64,000 nucleotides of DNA, taken from assembly GCA_013239625.1 (NCBI GenBank), contig MU056991.1, forward strand, positions 12,241,119 through 12,305,118, written 5' to 3'. Every line of letters begins with the position of its first letter. Within the stretch, counting starts at the first letter, position 1. Shown in pieces: positions 28,935 to 41,884 of the stretch. Below the pieces are notes generated by a model. That model ran no database searches. It saw only the letters and a list, made by a program, of their open reading frames with translations, and was not told the DNA's origin. This DNA is from Lama guanicoe (Eukaryota). The translations under genes and the position numbers were made by a program.

Positions 28935-29400
28935 GTCCGAGATGAGACGAGGTGCTGCCCTCGGCCTCTCCTGGGAGCCGCCCTTCGGGCCGCTCTGCCT
29001 GGAAATGCCCTTGGACAGGTGTCCGCCCGCCGGGCCGCTCAGCCCCGTGTCTGACCGCACCGTTCCTTCCGCGCGGCCTGGCGCATGCGCACGCTTTTAA
29101 GCCTTCCGAGCGGAAGCAGCGCTCATTACTCCGACGTGTCAGCGGGGGTTCTGCATTGGCGCTTCTCTTGCTGCACGTCGTCGAGTGTTGCCCTCCCTTG
29201 GAGGTGGGGAACGGCTCCTCCGACAGCCAGAACGCTTTTGTAAAGCTGCTGCCGCCTCGTGACTAAAACTCTGTGTTGGGTTGGACTTGAACACGCTGTG
29301 CTTTGAGGCAGCCCCCGAGTGAAACCTAGCGGCGGCCTGGCCCAAGGTACGTGCGTAGTGCGAACTCTGTTCAGTGTGCACATTGAAAGCCCTCGAGGTC
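28935..29400. promoter_or_regulatory. Orphan CpG-rich promoter/enhancer-like element (NRF1, ETS/GABP, GC box, CCAAT)
   Basis: About 40 CpG in ~470 bp by hand count; GCGCATGCGCA 29081-29091; CTTCCG 29066 and 29103; CGGAAG 29111; CCGCCC 29023; ATTGG 29155; donor AAG|GTACGT at 29346/29347. Confidence 0.6.
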
Positions 29401-29989
29401 CCTTGTCCTCTGACCTCCAGACACCTCGTGTCTTCCCACCAGGGAGATTGAGTGTCAGGAATAGGTTGTCGCCGACTTGTTGGGCTGATTTGATTACACC
29501 CCTCGTCCCCCAGCTGTTCCAAAGTGGCATGACTTCCTTCCCCTTCCATTCTGTGTTCCCCCAACTCCCAGTCCTCTGGGGTGGTTTTATTAAGGAATTG
29601 ATGTTTCTACCACTTCAAACCAGGCCCTTTATATAATGACTCACTGGGGACTGAGCTAGTTCTGTGAGGTCTGGTGCAGGAATGAGTGGCCTCCCACCGC
29701 CCCCTCGCTCCTGCACTTAACCTCTGCATGGAAGATCAGACAGCAGCCTCTGTTGGCCCGTTTTTCTGGCTTCAGAGAACAGTGCCAGTTTTCTCATTTC
29801 CTAGTCCCTGAAGTAGGTAATCTAGGTTATAAACAGATACGTTTTTGGAGACTCATTTTGAAAAGCAGAAAGAAAATGTGGCCTGTAAACATGTTCCTCT
29901 TTGGTGACTTGGCCTCAGGTAAGAGACTGCCAACCAGTGGACAGTGCGGGTGATGGGGACCCCAGAACGTCAGCCCTGCCCCACCACCA

Positions 29990-30790
29990 TGCTGTTCTGA
30001 GAAGCCTGGCTGTTTATCCAGGGACTCAGCTCACAGCAAAGGTGATGCAGCCATGGGCTCACACCCATGAACTGACTGGTTTTGCCTCACACTCCTTCAC
30101 CCAGTGGCCTGATTGAAAGTGAAATTGGCTCCTAATGGTATGGCTGTGAGACAGCACCCTGAGGGGATGGGGTTCCAGCTTATAGGACCTTTATATGCTT
30201 TAAATCAAAGACCAGCCTATGGTCTGGGAACCCGGGTGGACTGGGAGTAGCTCCTCGCTGTTACCACATCTGACATCCACTCACAGAATTTTTACTTTGA
30301 GCTCTGCTGATTTGGAGATGGAAGGCCCTGAGGGAGAGATGCTTCCCCTAGGGGCCCCAACAACAGTTCCACTGAATTGGGAGATGAGGCTGCCACGTGG
30401 CTGTTTGGGGCTCCTTAAAGGCCACTGTCCCCACAAACAGAGAAAGAGATTATTCTACTGGCTGGAGTGACTGATTATCAGGTGGGAAATAGGGATGGTG
30501 GGAGGACAGTGTCTGCAACCCAGGGGATTCTCAGGAGCACCTCTTAGCACCACCATCCACCGGTGAAGGTTAGTGAAAGTTAGCAGCTCACCACAGTGGG
30601 GGGGCTCTGGAGGACTCAAACCCTCAGAAACGAAGGTTTGGACACTTCACCAGGTTGAAAACTGATCAGTTAAACTTCTGGATGAAGGCAGAAGAAATAG
30701 GAAGTGGCTAGTGGAAGGTTACAGGTCACAACTATGGTTTTATGGCCAGATATGGAAACAGAAGCAACCAGTTAGGGGGTTGTAGACAAC
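29990..30790 (+). mobile_element. ERV-L internal relic: integrase core then dUTPase (decayed)
   Basis: Frameshifted translation SLAVYPGTQLTAKVMQPWAHTH / GLIE / DSTLRGWG / LYALNQRPAYG / ADLEMEGPEGEMLPLGAPTTVPLNWEMRLPRGCLGLL / LLAGVTDYQ matches recalled ERV-L pol (SDQGTHFTAKEV.QWAHAH, GLIERWNG, YALNQRPIYG, GLEVLVPEGGMLPPGDTTMIPLNWKLRLPPGHFGLL). Confidence 0.85.
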
Positions 30791-31134
30791 TGGCCGAACT
30801 GGCCTGAGTCTGGGATTTGAGGTGCTGCTATATAATAATATTTATTATAAAACTGGACTCTTGTTTATGGAGTGTCTATAAATGTCTTATCTAGGTGGCA
30901 TTTGTGCCCCCAAGTTCCTCATCCTGTACATAGTTCAGTGGATTGTCAGCTCTGAGGAATACTGTTGCCCTCCTCTGGAGAACCAGTGATGGGCTCAGCT
31001 TGGGGGAAGCAGGGTTGAGGGGCCCAAGGGAGAGAACCCCTGGATTCCCAGGGTCATCTGAGCTCTTTCAACAGGGCTCTTTCTCTTGACTGCGAAAAGA
31101 TAAATCCAGCCATTCTGAATCCCTGAAATCTCTT

Positions 31135-31240
31135 GGTGCTACCTCTGAGCTGTTTTGAGAATGTGTGCTAATCCCTGTAAAGTACTCAGTGTTGTTCCTG
31201 ACCTTGATATGCCCTCAATAAATCTCAGCCGTTATTGCTG
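31135..31240 (+). mobile_element. MIR 3' tail fragment
   Basis: ctacctc...tgtaaagtactcag...ctcaataaatctcagccgttatt resembles the MIR end tgtaaagcgcttag...ctcaataaatgttagctattatt. Confidence 0.55.
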
Positions 31241-32409
31241 AAATCCCAGAGAATGCTTTTGCTGGGGTGTGAGTCCAAACAGGAAACTCCAGGTGAAAAA
31301 AAAAAAACCAGGGACCAGGACAAAGAAACAATCCTGTGCCCATAGGTAGCTGGTGACACTGGCCTCCCCTCTCACGGGGCCTTCATCCTCCCGTCCCTCT
31401 CTGTCACCCACCTTAACTGTGAAGGGACCAGACTCTCCAACAGTGTCCCCCCCAGACCCAGACCCACTTCCAGCCAGGCCTGCTGGGGCNNNNNNNNNNN
31501 NNNNNNNNNNNNNNNNNNNNNNNNNNNNNNNNNNNNNNNNNNNNNNNNNNNNNNNNNNNNNNNNNNNNNNNNNNNNNNNNNNNNNNNNNNNNNNNNNNNN
31601 NNNNNNNNNNNNNNNNNNNNNAAGCATTAAGTTGTGATCTGTGTGTCTGCCTGGCACTTTACAGGCATTCCAGAAATATAATTTTTAAAGGATTTTGTTT
31701 CTCTCAACCAATATGAGCCCAAACTATAGAGCCAGCAGGCAGTCAAGCCTGCGAGGGGCTGGGGACGAGCCAGGAGACTGTGCTGATGGATAGCGGTGAG
31801 AAGCAGACGGTGACACCCTGCTCCCCCTGCTGACAGGCAGGTGGCCTGGCCTCAGTATCCTGGGAACACTTGCCCCTTGTTGTTTTCTTTGTCAAAATGA
31901 AAGAAAAAAGCTTTACCTTCCCAGTTCATTTCTTGAACCACTTCTGGTTGATGGGCTGCATTTTGATGCCGTGGAAGGACGATGATGCAGAAGGAATGAA
32001 GCACAGATGCAAACAGGAACCTACTTTGCTTTATGACAACGCAGCATGAAGTAGCAGACATGGAAACTGAGTCTCAGAGAGGCAAGAGACTGTCTGAGTT
32101 CCCGTTGGAATTGAGCAGGTTGAGAACCTGTATTTTCCAGCATGACGTTTCTTACTCATCATCCCTCGTATATGAAGACTACCTTTCATACAATTCCCTC
32201 AGGAAGTTAAGAGACAGTGCAGTGTGGCTTGGAGACCTGCCATCCAGCCTGCCGTTGCCTTTCTGTGGACTGACAGTCAGTCACTGGAGGAAACTGAGGA
32301 CCTGAGAAGACATCAGGAGAATGAGGAGACCAGACTCCAGTTCACAGCTTCCTTGAGCTGGGTCTGTGAACTCTTAGAAGATGCCTGATGGTCATCAGGG
32401 AATCCACTA

Positions 32410-32810
32410 TGTCAGCAGCTGCTTTCAGCCATGAGAAAAGGAAAGCCCAGCTAACAGCAGCTCTGGCGAGAACACGTGGAATCTCTGCCAAGAAGTGGAC
32501 AGTGGCAGTTCTGGTTAGTTCAGCTCTATATTTCTCTTGGCTTTCCCTTCACCATTACAGGATGGCAGCTGGACTCCTGGCATCAACATCCAAAGAAGGA
32601 GAGAGTTGCCCGCTCATCCTTCCCTATTTACCAGAAAGAGTTGTCTTCATTGCTACTGGTAGACCAGTCTCATCGGCCAGGATTGGGGCATAGCCGTAAG
32701 GAAGCTTGGACATGGAGTATCTGGTGTTTCCAGCCTGTTTGGAGGAAAGTGGGGTCTACCAGCAAGGACCAAGGTGGGTGGAGAATGGGGCTGAGTGTGT
32801 GTCAGCCCCT
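32410..32810. mobile_element. Old MLT1-type LTR
   Basis: aggatggcagctgg...catcaacatcc...tctcatcggccaggattggggca...gtaaggaagcttgga blocks typical of MLT1H-J. Confidence 0.45.
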
Positions 32811-33132
32811 GGGAAGTATGTTCAGAAGTTTAGGCACAGGCACACTTTTTTCTGCGCAGTGGGTCCGTAGAACCCATTAGATCCTCAGCAGTCCATGCAT
32901 GCAAGGACTTTTCAGAACCACAGCTGTGGCGAAGACTTCCTCAGCTGCTCTAATATCCTGTGATTTTTGTGAAGAAAGATGTAAACCCTCATGGAAATAG
33001 AAACAGTTGCCCAGAATAGTTTAAATGGCAGTACTTAGTGCTCATCTCACAGACCCAGTCGGGTTTTGATGACAGAACCGAGGTCATTGTCAGGCACCCC
33101 TGGGACCACCAAGCTCTTCTTTTCCTCCTTAG

Positions 33133-33172
<40 letters not shown>

Positions 33173-36100
33173 CACCCAGAGAATGGTCCTACCTTGCTTT
33201 TCTGGAGTTGAAATCCTTTGAGCAGGTATTGGATTCCAATTGTACTGGTGGTGGTTCCATTCCTTCTTGGGGCGGGGCAGCCACTGTGGTGCCCAGGACA
33301 CCAGGAAACATCTCCAACTGACTGAGTTTGAGGAGATCTCCCAGGGGAGGGTTAGTGACTCCCTGAGGACAAGGGCTGGTGGGCTGCAAGCACTGAGCGC
33401 TACCATTGAACCTGTCACGTTGCAGCCTGGTCTCCTGGGTTACAGCCCCCTTTCTCTCCCCTACGTTTTCTCCAGTGCAGGGACCATCTCCCGGCTTCTG
33501 GCTTGTGGCAGTAACTGAGGAAACACACGTAACACCCCTGCCAAACAAACGGACGCTTAACAAAACACATCTTATCTCCATTGTGTTCAACAAGCAAGCA
33601 CAATCTGTGATCAAAACCCTTCATTTTTCTCCCACTGCCCTTTTAAAATTGTTCAGTGAAAGACTGTCCTGCCTCTGGAAGAGAATTTTGCTGGCAGGCC
33701 CTGTGACTCTTCCCTTCTGTCGAAGACAGATGGTCTTTTACACCCCATGGTGACTCAAAGATTCAGACTGTTTCAACTCAGCAATTGGAAAGCCCAGTGC
33801 AAGATAAGAATCAAATCTCCGGACTTAGAGCATTACCATTTCTCCCTCCGTTGGCTCTGCTGGGCCTGTTTCAGGTGGAGGCCCGCAGTAGGAAAGGGAC
33901 ACAGTTCTCTGCTCCATCTCTCAACCTCTCCTTCCTGTCCTAGTTTCTGGCCAGTTCCAGGGTTCCAGGGAGGTGAAGGGGGGCAAAGACTAGGGCCTGA
34001 AAAAGATCTCCCTGCACTGGCACCTGGTTAATCAGGCTCTGGCAGGGATGTGACACTGGCTCTTTCTTAGTGTGCTTTCATCAGCTTTTCAGAGGGTCCC
34101 TTCTGGGCCCCTCAAACTAGCAGGTGCGTGTCTATTCTGCAGACCTTAGCAATCAGACATTCACCTCCAGCTTCCTGCTGCCAGGTTCTCTCACCACACA
34201 GGCAGCCCCACTGGACAGGCCCCAGGACTCTTCACTGCACTCCCCTTGGTCACCCACACATCCCTTGCCTGACCACCACTAGGAACTTGGCCAGCCCCAG
34301 TGCAGTGGCGCTCAGAGGCCTCTCCTGCAGAGCACCTGGGTCTCTCCTGTTTTCCCAGGTGGGAGACAGTCCACCAGGTCCCCAGCTGAGGGGTTCCAGA
34401 TAAACCCTCCGAGGAGACAAGCCACCCACTCCCCACTCCTGGGGGAGGAAGATGGGTTCTTGGCACAGTTTTCTTCTTTGATAGCCTTCTTACAAAATAC
34501 TCTCCCTCCGCAGTCGTAAAGCTCTGCTCAGACTGTTTCCTTTTCATACCTATTGTATTTTGGAGTCTCCATGAGAACTTAGTATCTGCTTGCACACTGT
34601 TTACCAAGCCTGTGAGGTCGATATTACTATCCATAGTCTACAGATGGGAAACAGACACAGTGAGGCTAAGTGACTTGTCCAAGGTCATACAGCCAGTAGA
34701 TGACTGTCCTAGACATGCCTTTCATCGCCTGACCTCAATATAAATCCTGCTGAATGGGTGGACCAAGTGACAACCACTTGACCTAACCCACGGCCAGCAA
34801 CTGATGGCCAATGTGTTTAGTAATTTGTATAAAGGGAAAAATGATTGCCCCTCCACGGAATCCTTTCAGGGTGCTGGAAGTGTTCTGTATCTTGATTATG
34901 GTGTCAAAGTCATTGAGTTGCATACTTCAAACAGATGCGTCTTATTGTTAGTAAGTTATATCTCCATCAAGTTGATTTTGAAATAGCAGTAGATTAAATA
35001 TTAATAATAACCTCTTGCCCCTCAGTGGTGAAAACTAGAGCTGAGGTGTCATTATGCACACCTGGAATTGGGGGCCAACTTGGACTCTGTGTGAAGAGCT
35101 AGTAGAAGTCATCCAAGGGTAGAGAGGTGCCCAGCGAGGTCCGGAGAAGTCACGTGACCCCCACCTCAATGGGAAGAGAAGATTTCAGCTCCTGGTTTTC
35201 TGCTTCCCACTTCCTGTTTCCCACAGAGCCTGATCTCCATCTCCTTCCTTTGGCCTCCCAACGCCTCTGTGACCTTATTGTAAGGCTTCCCCTTTGCTTG
35301 AGCCAGTCCAAGTGGACATCTGTTCCCAGCCCCAGCCGGTGCAGCAAGGGCGCCCGAGTGCTGCACTTGGGCCTAAATTCCCTGCCTGTGTTCCTGACTG
35401 TCATGTTTCTGTTAGGCTGGCGGTCTCCTTCTGGAGCCTGCGTGCTCATCAAGAACCCTGACATCTGACACGCTCACTCTCACACCGCTACAAAGTGCCA
35501 CCAGGGCCTCTCTGGGAAAAGGGACAATGAAACAGTGAAATGTACAAAGACTGTCTGAGGCCAGACACAGTCCACTCTGCCATTTCTCTGCTTGGAGAAA
35601 TGAGGCAAAGAGAAGCCACAGAAACTAATGAAGCAGATTAGTCAAAGGAAGCCTCTGAGCCTCCTCTCTGCACTGGGGGACAAGAGAGACAGAGCCACGG
35701 ATGCCTCTGAATGAAGCAAGCACTGGATTTGCCCAAACGTAGGAGGTTACCGTGACTCTGTTCTGATTTCCTTGGAGCTTGAAGGGCAGGGGGTCTGGCG
35801 TGGTGATAGGGTGGTCTCCAGCCAGACTGCCTGGCTTTACCAGCTGTGAGACCTCATATTCCTTGTCTGTAGGTGGGGATCACAGCACTTACTCGTGGAG
35901 TTGTTCTGAGGACTTATAGGTAATTTTTCTCTCTTTTGTTTTCATGAGTTAGAGGTGTGGAGTACTTAGATCAGTGCCTGGGGTAGTTGTGACTTGTGTG
36001 GCCACAGCAGCAAAGACCACGTGGCTTTGGAAAGTCCCCTGACAATACTGACACCCCCCACACACACACACACCCTCCTCTCATTTTAAATATTTCAACT

Positions 36101-36431
36101 ATTGCACTGGCTTATCATCTCATTAGAACTGAAATTAGATTTACAATTTGTTCAGTAGTGTTAATTAAAATTTTTAAAGCTGTATTATATAGTATGATGC
36201 AGTTCTGTAAGAAAAAAAATGAAAATATACATGCATTGAAAAAAGATTGAGCAGAAAATGCAAGAATGTAAAATTAGCAGACTCTACATGGTAGACTTAT
36301 AGATAATTTTTATCTTTCGGGTTTTTCACATTTTCTAACAATAAGCCTTTATAATCAGGTAATATAAACAATGAATCTTTTTAACATGGTTGAGAAGTCA
36401 GTTTTCATATCACACTCTCATTATCCCTACT

Positions 36432-36536
36432 TTTTTTATTTAACTGAAGTACAGTCAGTTACACTGTGTCAATTTCTGGTGTGCAGCACAATGTCTCAGT
36501 CATGCATATACATACATATATTCATTTTCATATTCT
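36432..36536 (-). mobile_element. Very short L1 3'-end insertion with 14-bp target-site duplication
   Basis: TSD tcattatccctact (36418-36431) / tcattatccctgct (36537-36550) flanking poly-T + actgaagtacagtcagttacac... Confidence 0.8.
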
Positions 36537-37392
36537 TCATTATCCCTGCTCTTTACTACAGATAAGCACTGGTCTTAGGTCCCCTAAGTCTTTTCTAAGT
36601 TTTCCCCTTGACAGACCCTGGAAGCCCTCAGCTGGAGAGAGAAGGCACTGTGGCTGAGGGATGTGAGCACCTATGGGTGTTTTCTGGTACCTCCCCTCCA
36701 GGCAGTCCTCTGCAGGCTCCTCAGGCACCTTAGCCCAGGCAGGGCTTGTCATCTCCAAGACACTCCTGGCCTTTCCTCCCAGAATGCATGCCTGCAAGAC
36801 TGATGCTTGCCTCGATGTCTGAGAAAACTTTTTCCAGGCCTCCTCCCCTGGTGGGTTATAACTAACTGCCCACTGGAGAGAGACAAGGTGCCCTCATTTT
36901 TCTAAAGGACTGTCTTTTCTGACTGGAAAGTTAGGTTTTATAGAGGAAAAGCTCCACCAATCAAAGGTGGACTCCAAGGGAAGGGAATCGGTGAGCTCTG
37001 CTGGCTGATTCAGGAGGGAGAGAGGAACTGTGGAGCAGGGGTCCTCCCTGTAAGGCCTTGGTAAGGTTCTGGAACCTCAGGAACTTCCCCACATTGGCCC
37101 TGACTGTTAGCAGTTTCCTGCTCTCATAATGGTTACCAGGAAAGTCCTGAAAGTGGAAAAAGGGCTGTTTGCTTGCTTTTGATACCATCAAGAAAGAGGG
37201 AAGCAGAGGGGTCTGGGCGATTGTCCTCTGCCCTCCAAGGGGAAGAAGGGCAGGGGCTGGGTCAAGGCCTCCTGCACAGGGGGAAGACTTCCAGGAACGT
37301 GGGCCTGGCCCAGGGAACTCTGGGTCCAAGCAGCTGGAAGTCCAGGATGGAGTCCTCAGCAAAACTCCTCTTCACATTATAAATCCCATGTC

Positions 37393-38035
37393 AGAATGTA
37401 AATTGGTGGAGTCACTATGGAAAACAGTATGGAGGTTCCTTAAAAAACTAAAAATAGAGTTACCACATGATCCAGCAATCCCACTCCTGGGCATATATCC
37501 AGAGAAAACTCTAATCTGAAGGAATACATACAACCCAATGTTCACAGCAGCACTATTTACAATAGCCAAGACATGGAAGCAAACTAAATGTCCATGGACA
37601 GATGACTGGATAAAGATGTGAAATATATACACAATGGGATATTACTCAGCCATAAAAAAGAAGGAAATATTGCCATTTGCAGCAACATGGACGGACCTAG
37701 AGATTATCATTTAGTATGTGAAGTAAGTCAGAGAATGACAAATATCATAAGATGTCACTACATATCATATGATATGTAGAATCTAAAACATTGACACAAA
37801 TGAACTTATTTATATAACAGAAACAGGCTCACAGACATAGAAAACAAACTTATGGTTTCACCAAAGGGGAAAGCAGAGATAGGGGGAGGGATAAACTAGG
37901 AGTTTGGAATTAGCAGATACAAACTACTATACATAAATAGATAAACAATAAGGTCCTACTGTATCGCACAGGGAACTATATTTAATATCATGTAATAAAC
38001 TATAGTGGAAATAGAGTCTTAAAAAAGAATATGTA
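37393..38035 (+). mobile_element. L1 ORF2 C-terminus and 3' UTR fragment
   Basis: [38 protein letters not shown], then cetartiodactyl-type 3' UTR (ggagtttggaattagcagatacaaactac...cacagggaactatat). Confidence 0.9.
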
Positions 38036-38508
38036 TATTCTTTTTCACTTCATGTTACAAATGCTGCCCACGCCATGTCCTGTGAAGGGAGGCCCCTCCC
38101 ACAAGACAGATGCAGTTTTGCCAGCACCTTCTATTACAACTCAGATCTCCGAGGAAACAGCCATGCCTGAGCCTGACTGTTCTTGTCACAGCCCCTGCTT
38201 ATTCCAAAGGTGATCAAAGAGGCAGCAAGACACAAAATCGGCAGCATTTCCAGGGCAGGAAAAACACCTGGACCCTGTTTTTAAAACCCCTTTGCTCCAT
38301 TGATATTTTGCCCCAAGTGTTCAGCTGAGGTATTTCAAGGGCAGGAACCAAGTATTGTTAGAGCTTTCCCCTCTTTGATCTATCAAAGTACTGAATTGAG
38401 AAAGCCACTTTATATCCAGGAGCTTGTAAGCACTTCCCTCTCCGTTTTGAAAGAGAAAATTGTTACAAAGAAACGATTTTGGAGAAAAGCTTTTAAAAAT
38501 CTAAGTTA

Positions 38509-38511
<3 letters not shown>

Positions 38512-38540
<29 letters not shown>
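38512..38540. repeat. (TA)n microsatellite
   Basis: Uninterrupted TA run. Confidence 0.9.
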
Positions 38541-38545
<5 letters not shown>

Positions 38546-39231
38546 TGTTCTTTCTTATTCCAAGGAACCCTCTTGGAAGCACCATCTTGGAAGTTGCTCA
38601 TATTTAATGGAAAGCAAATATGGAAAAAATTTTTCTGTTTTGTAAATTAATGGACTGAAATTAAATAAGGCATCAGGGAATTAGTGGATGGATCTGAGTG
38701 CATCACTTAACCCTCTGTCCTTCATTTTCTCGCATAAACAATGAGAGCTATGTTTACTTGCAACATTAACAGTCCTCCTTGTACTCTGTCTCATGGTGAG
38801 GGAGGTCTTGAAACCCCAGCCAATCTTTCTCTTGAAATGGAGTCTCAACTCTCCAATCTGTAAATGTCAGTGGCTCAGCACCTCTGTTCTGCTTTAAAAT
38901 GAAATAGAGTGACATAGTATATTTAGAATGAAATAGAATGTAACGCAGTAAATTGCAAGGACCTTGGATTAAAAACCGAGAAGGAGGTAAAGAAAAGTAT
39001 AATGTGAATACAGGGGCTTGAACGATGGCTGGAGGTAGAATCCTGAGGATTTTTTTTTATTGTTTTATTTTATTGTTTTGCCAGTTTTTACTCGTGCTTG
39101 CAGATTTCCTGATCATGGGTTGTTTTGTTTCTGTTGGAGCTGGAAGGAACCTGAGGTGTTTTTAACCTAGGGATTCCACGGCGGGGCTGTGGAATCTGTG
39201 AAACCTCAACTTTAACATGTAAGATTTTGTT

Positions 39232-39860
39232 GTGTGTGGGTGTGTTGTGTCTAAGATAGGCTCACAAATTCTTTGGCAATTCTCCCCTTAAACAGTGAAA
39301 GTTAATTCCTCTCCCCCTTCCTTGTGGGCTGTATTCAGTGACTTGCTTTCAGAAAGCCAGTCATAAGGGCACCGCATCAGGCCCTCCTTGCCTTCTCTCT
39401 TAGTTCGCTCGGGGAAGCCAGCTGCCATGTTGTGAGGACAGCAGCAGCCCTCACCAGCCACATGAGTGAGCTGTCTCAGAAGGGGATGCTCCAAGCCAAG
39501 TCAGACCTGTGGGCCAGGGTTTCTCAACCTCTGCACTGTTGACGTTTGGGGCCAGATCATTTTTGTGTGAAGTAGAAAGTTTACCAACATCTCTTGCCTC
39601 CACTCACTAGATGTCAATAGCACACACAGCACACCCTTGGTGACAACCAAAAATGTGTCTCTAGACATTGCCAGATGTCACCTGGGGGGCAAAGTCACCC
39701 CAGTTGAGAGCCACTGTGTTAGGTGAATCTTGACTTTAACCTCATGAGCCAGAATCACCCAGCTAAGCTGCTTCCAAATCCCTGACCCACAGAAACTGTG
39801 AGAGAAGAAGCCACTAAGTTCTTGGGGCTGATTTATTATGCGATCCTCAGGAATCAGTTC
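39232..39860 (+). mobile_element. MLT1 (F/G/H-like) MaLR LTR interrupted by MER20
   Basis: ggggaagccagctgccatgttgtgagga...ccagccacatgagtgagc...cacccagctaagctgcttccaaatccctgacccacagaaactgtgaga...agccactaagtt. Confidence 0.75.
39515..39716. mobile_element. MER20 (hAT-Charlie), nested in MLT1
   Basis: TIRs CAGGGTTTCTCAAC ... GTTGAGAGCCACTG; internal tgacaaccaaaaatgtgtctctagacattgccagatgt. Confidence 0.85.
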
Positions 39861-40436
39861 AACGGGCATGTGAGTTTTCAGAGGGAAAAAAAAGATTCTT
39901 ACCTTTCTTTGGGTTCTCAAGGTCACCTGACCCTAAATGGTTTAAGAACCCAGATCTAGTCCAGTCTCCTAACCTTTGTAAAAATCCTTTCCACAACATC
40001 CTTGAGTTTGGGTCAAACCAACTACTTGAATACTTCCAGTATTCCTTCCTCATATGGTCACTCAGTTCATTTTTTAAAAAACTGACTTGTACTGAGCCAA
40101 AATCTGCTACCCTGTGTGGCTGATGCATCGCCTGTGTTTTTTCTGATTCCCTTCCCAGCTCCTCAATCCCTATCAAAACTTAGCTTTTCTATGCCTTGCC
40201 TCTTCTCTCTCTCTCTCTCTTTTTTTTTTTTTTTTTGNNNNNNNNNNNNNNNNNNNNNNNNNNNNNNNNNNNNNNNNNNNNNNNNNNNNNNNNNNNNNNN
40301 NNNNNNNNNNNNNNNNNNNNNNNNNNNNNNNNNNNNNNNNNNNNNNNNNNNNNNNNNNNNNNNNNNNNNNNNNNNNNNNNNNNNNNNNNNNNNNNNNNNN
40401 NNNNNNNNNNNNNNNNNNNNNNNNNNNNNNNNNNNN

Positions 40437-40560
40437 GAAAAAAAAACAATGAATATATGTATGTTCATGTAGAACTGAAAAATTGTGCTCCACACTGGAA
40501 TTTGACACAACATGGTAAAATGACTATAACTCAATAAAAATGTTTAAATAAATAAATAAA
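40437..40560 (+). mobile_element. L1 3' end (5' part lost in N-gap 40238-40436)
   Basis: atgtatgttcatgtagaactgaaaaattgtgctccacactggaatttgacacaac...tgactataactcaataaaa plus (taaa)n tail. Confidence 0.75.
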
Positions 40561-41884
40561 GTAGAAAGGAATCTCTAGCAGAAAAAACAAACAAACAAAA
40601 GATACTGCATATTCTATGTAGCACTTCTGGAAATAAGAATGCCAGGCAACTCAGTCCTATAAGTGGTCCCTGCTGGTGGAAGTCCCCCACTTGTGTTTAG
40701 GGCATTAGCAACTGTGAATTGCTGGTCCTTTCTCTCCAAATCCCCTGAGGTCGTGGACATGCTACAACCATCGTTTCTATCGACCAGTCCCCTAGGACTG
40801 CGGTGACGTTTATGATTTCCTTCCACCAAACCAGAGGACTCCGACCGATCTTTACTCACCTGTTGATCCTCCTTTCCTGGAAAGTGTTTCCTTGAAGGCC
40901 CCTTTAGTCTTTATCAAAATCCGATATGACACTTTTCTTTTGCTACTTTGAAATGGGTCCAGCCCTATTACTTCTACAGCCAACCATTGTGAGTCGGAAC
41001 TACTTGCCAGAAACAAAATAGATGCTGAAAGAAAGACCACAGAAGAATGAACCTTGCCCTCTGCAGAATTTACCCAAACAAGGAGAATGCAGAGGTACTC
41101 ACTGGCTGAGAGCTTATGCTGTAGGAGGCCTTTGCTTGCGCTCTTAGGCTCAGGGTGCACAGCACAGCCTGATCACATTGGCTAAAAATGCCCCCTCAGT
41201 ACCCTCAGAACAGAGGAAAGAAAGTTATTAACAAGGTATTGTGAAGAATTGTGTTGGCTTTTTTTTTTTAAGAAAAGCATTTCTAAAGACAAATAACCTT
41301 ATTATGAATTAGTGCTATGCAGCATGGCAGTATACAAAGGTATGCATGTATATTCACTCTCCTGGTTGGAAAATAGATCACATTGAAAGCACGTGTCTCC
41401 TGAAAAGCCATAAACATCTAATCTAGTGATAGAACTTTCAGATGACTTCTACTTTCTTTGGCCACCCCTTAGAAATTGATCAGTTATCAAAAGCAGTTGG
41501 TATATTTACCTGTGTGTTTCCCCCTTTTAGTCTGAGATCCTGGCGGGCAGGATGGTTTATCTTTGTATTCTTCAGTCTTCCATGTATGGTTAATGAGTTT
41601 GTATACTGCACAAGGATGCCCAGCCAAGAGTGGTGAATGAGAGTGGAAATCCAGCCTGCACTTTCTTAATCAAGCTCCATTCCTTGGTGTTGTATCTGCC
41701 CAGAGGAGGTTTGCCTTTTCTATTTTATATGACTTGTAACTTCTTCTCATTCCCTAACAGTGCCCTTTGATTTCTCATCTCCTGATCATTGTGGGAGCCT
41801 GATAAATGTTTGTTGAAAGAAGAAATAAATCAATGAAAGAATGAATGGACATACTTTGCTTTCAAAGGAGGTGAATAGGCCAAG

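Noticed and set aside
28952-29636. ORFs of 104-141 aa over the orphan CpG element
   Set aside because: Mostly non-ATG starts, GC-driven open frames and no recognisable homology; cannot be supported as coding.
30950-31290. Putative ERV-L 3' LTR with AATAAA near 31217
   Set aside because: The AATAAA segment fits the MIR 3' tail better; no clear LTR ends could be defined.
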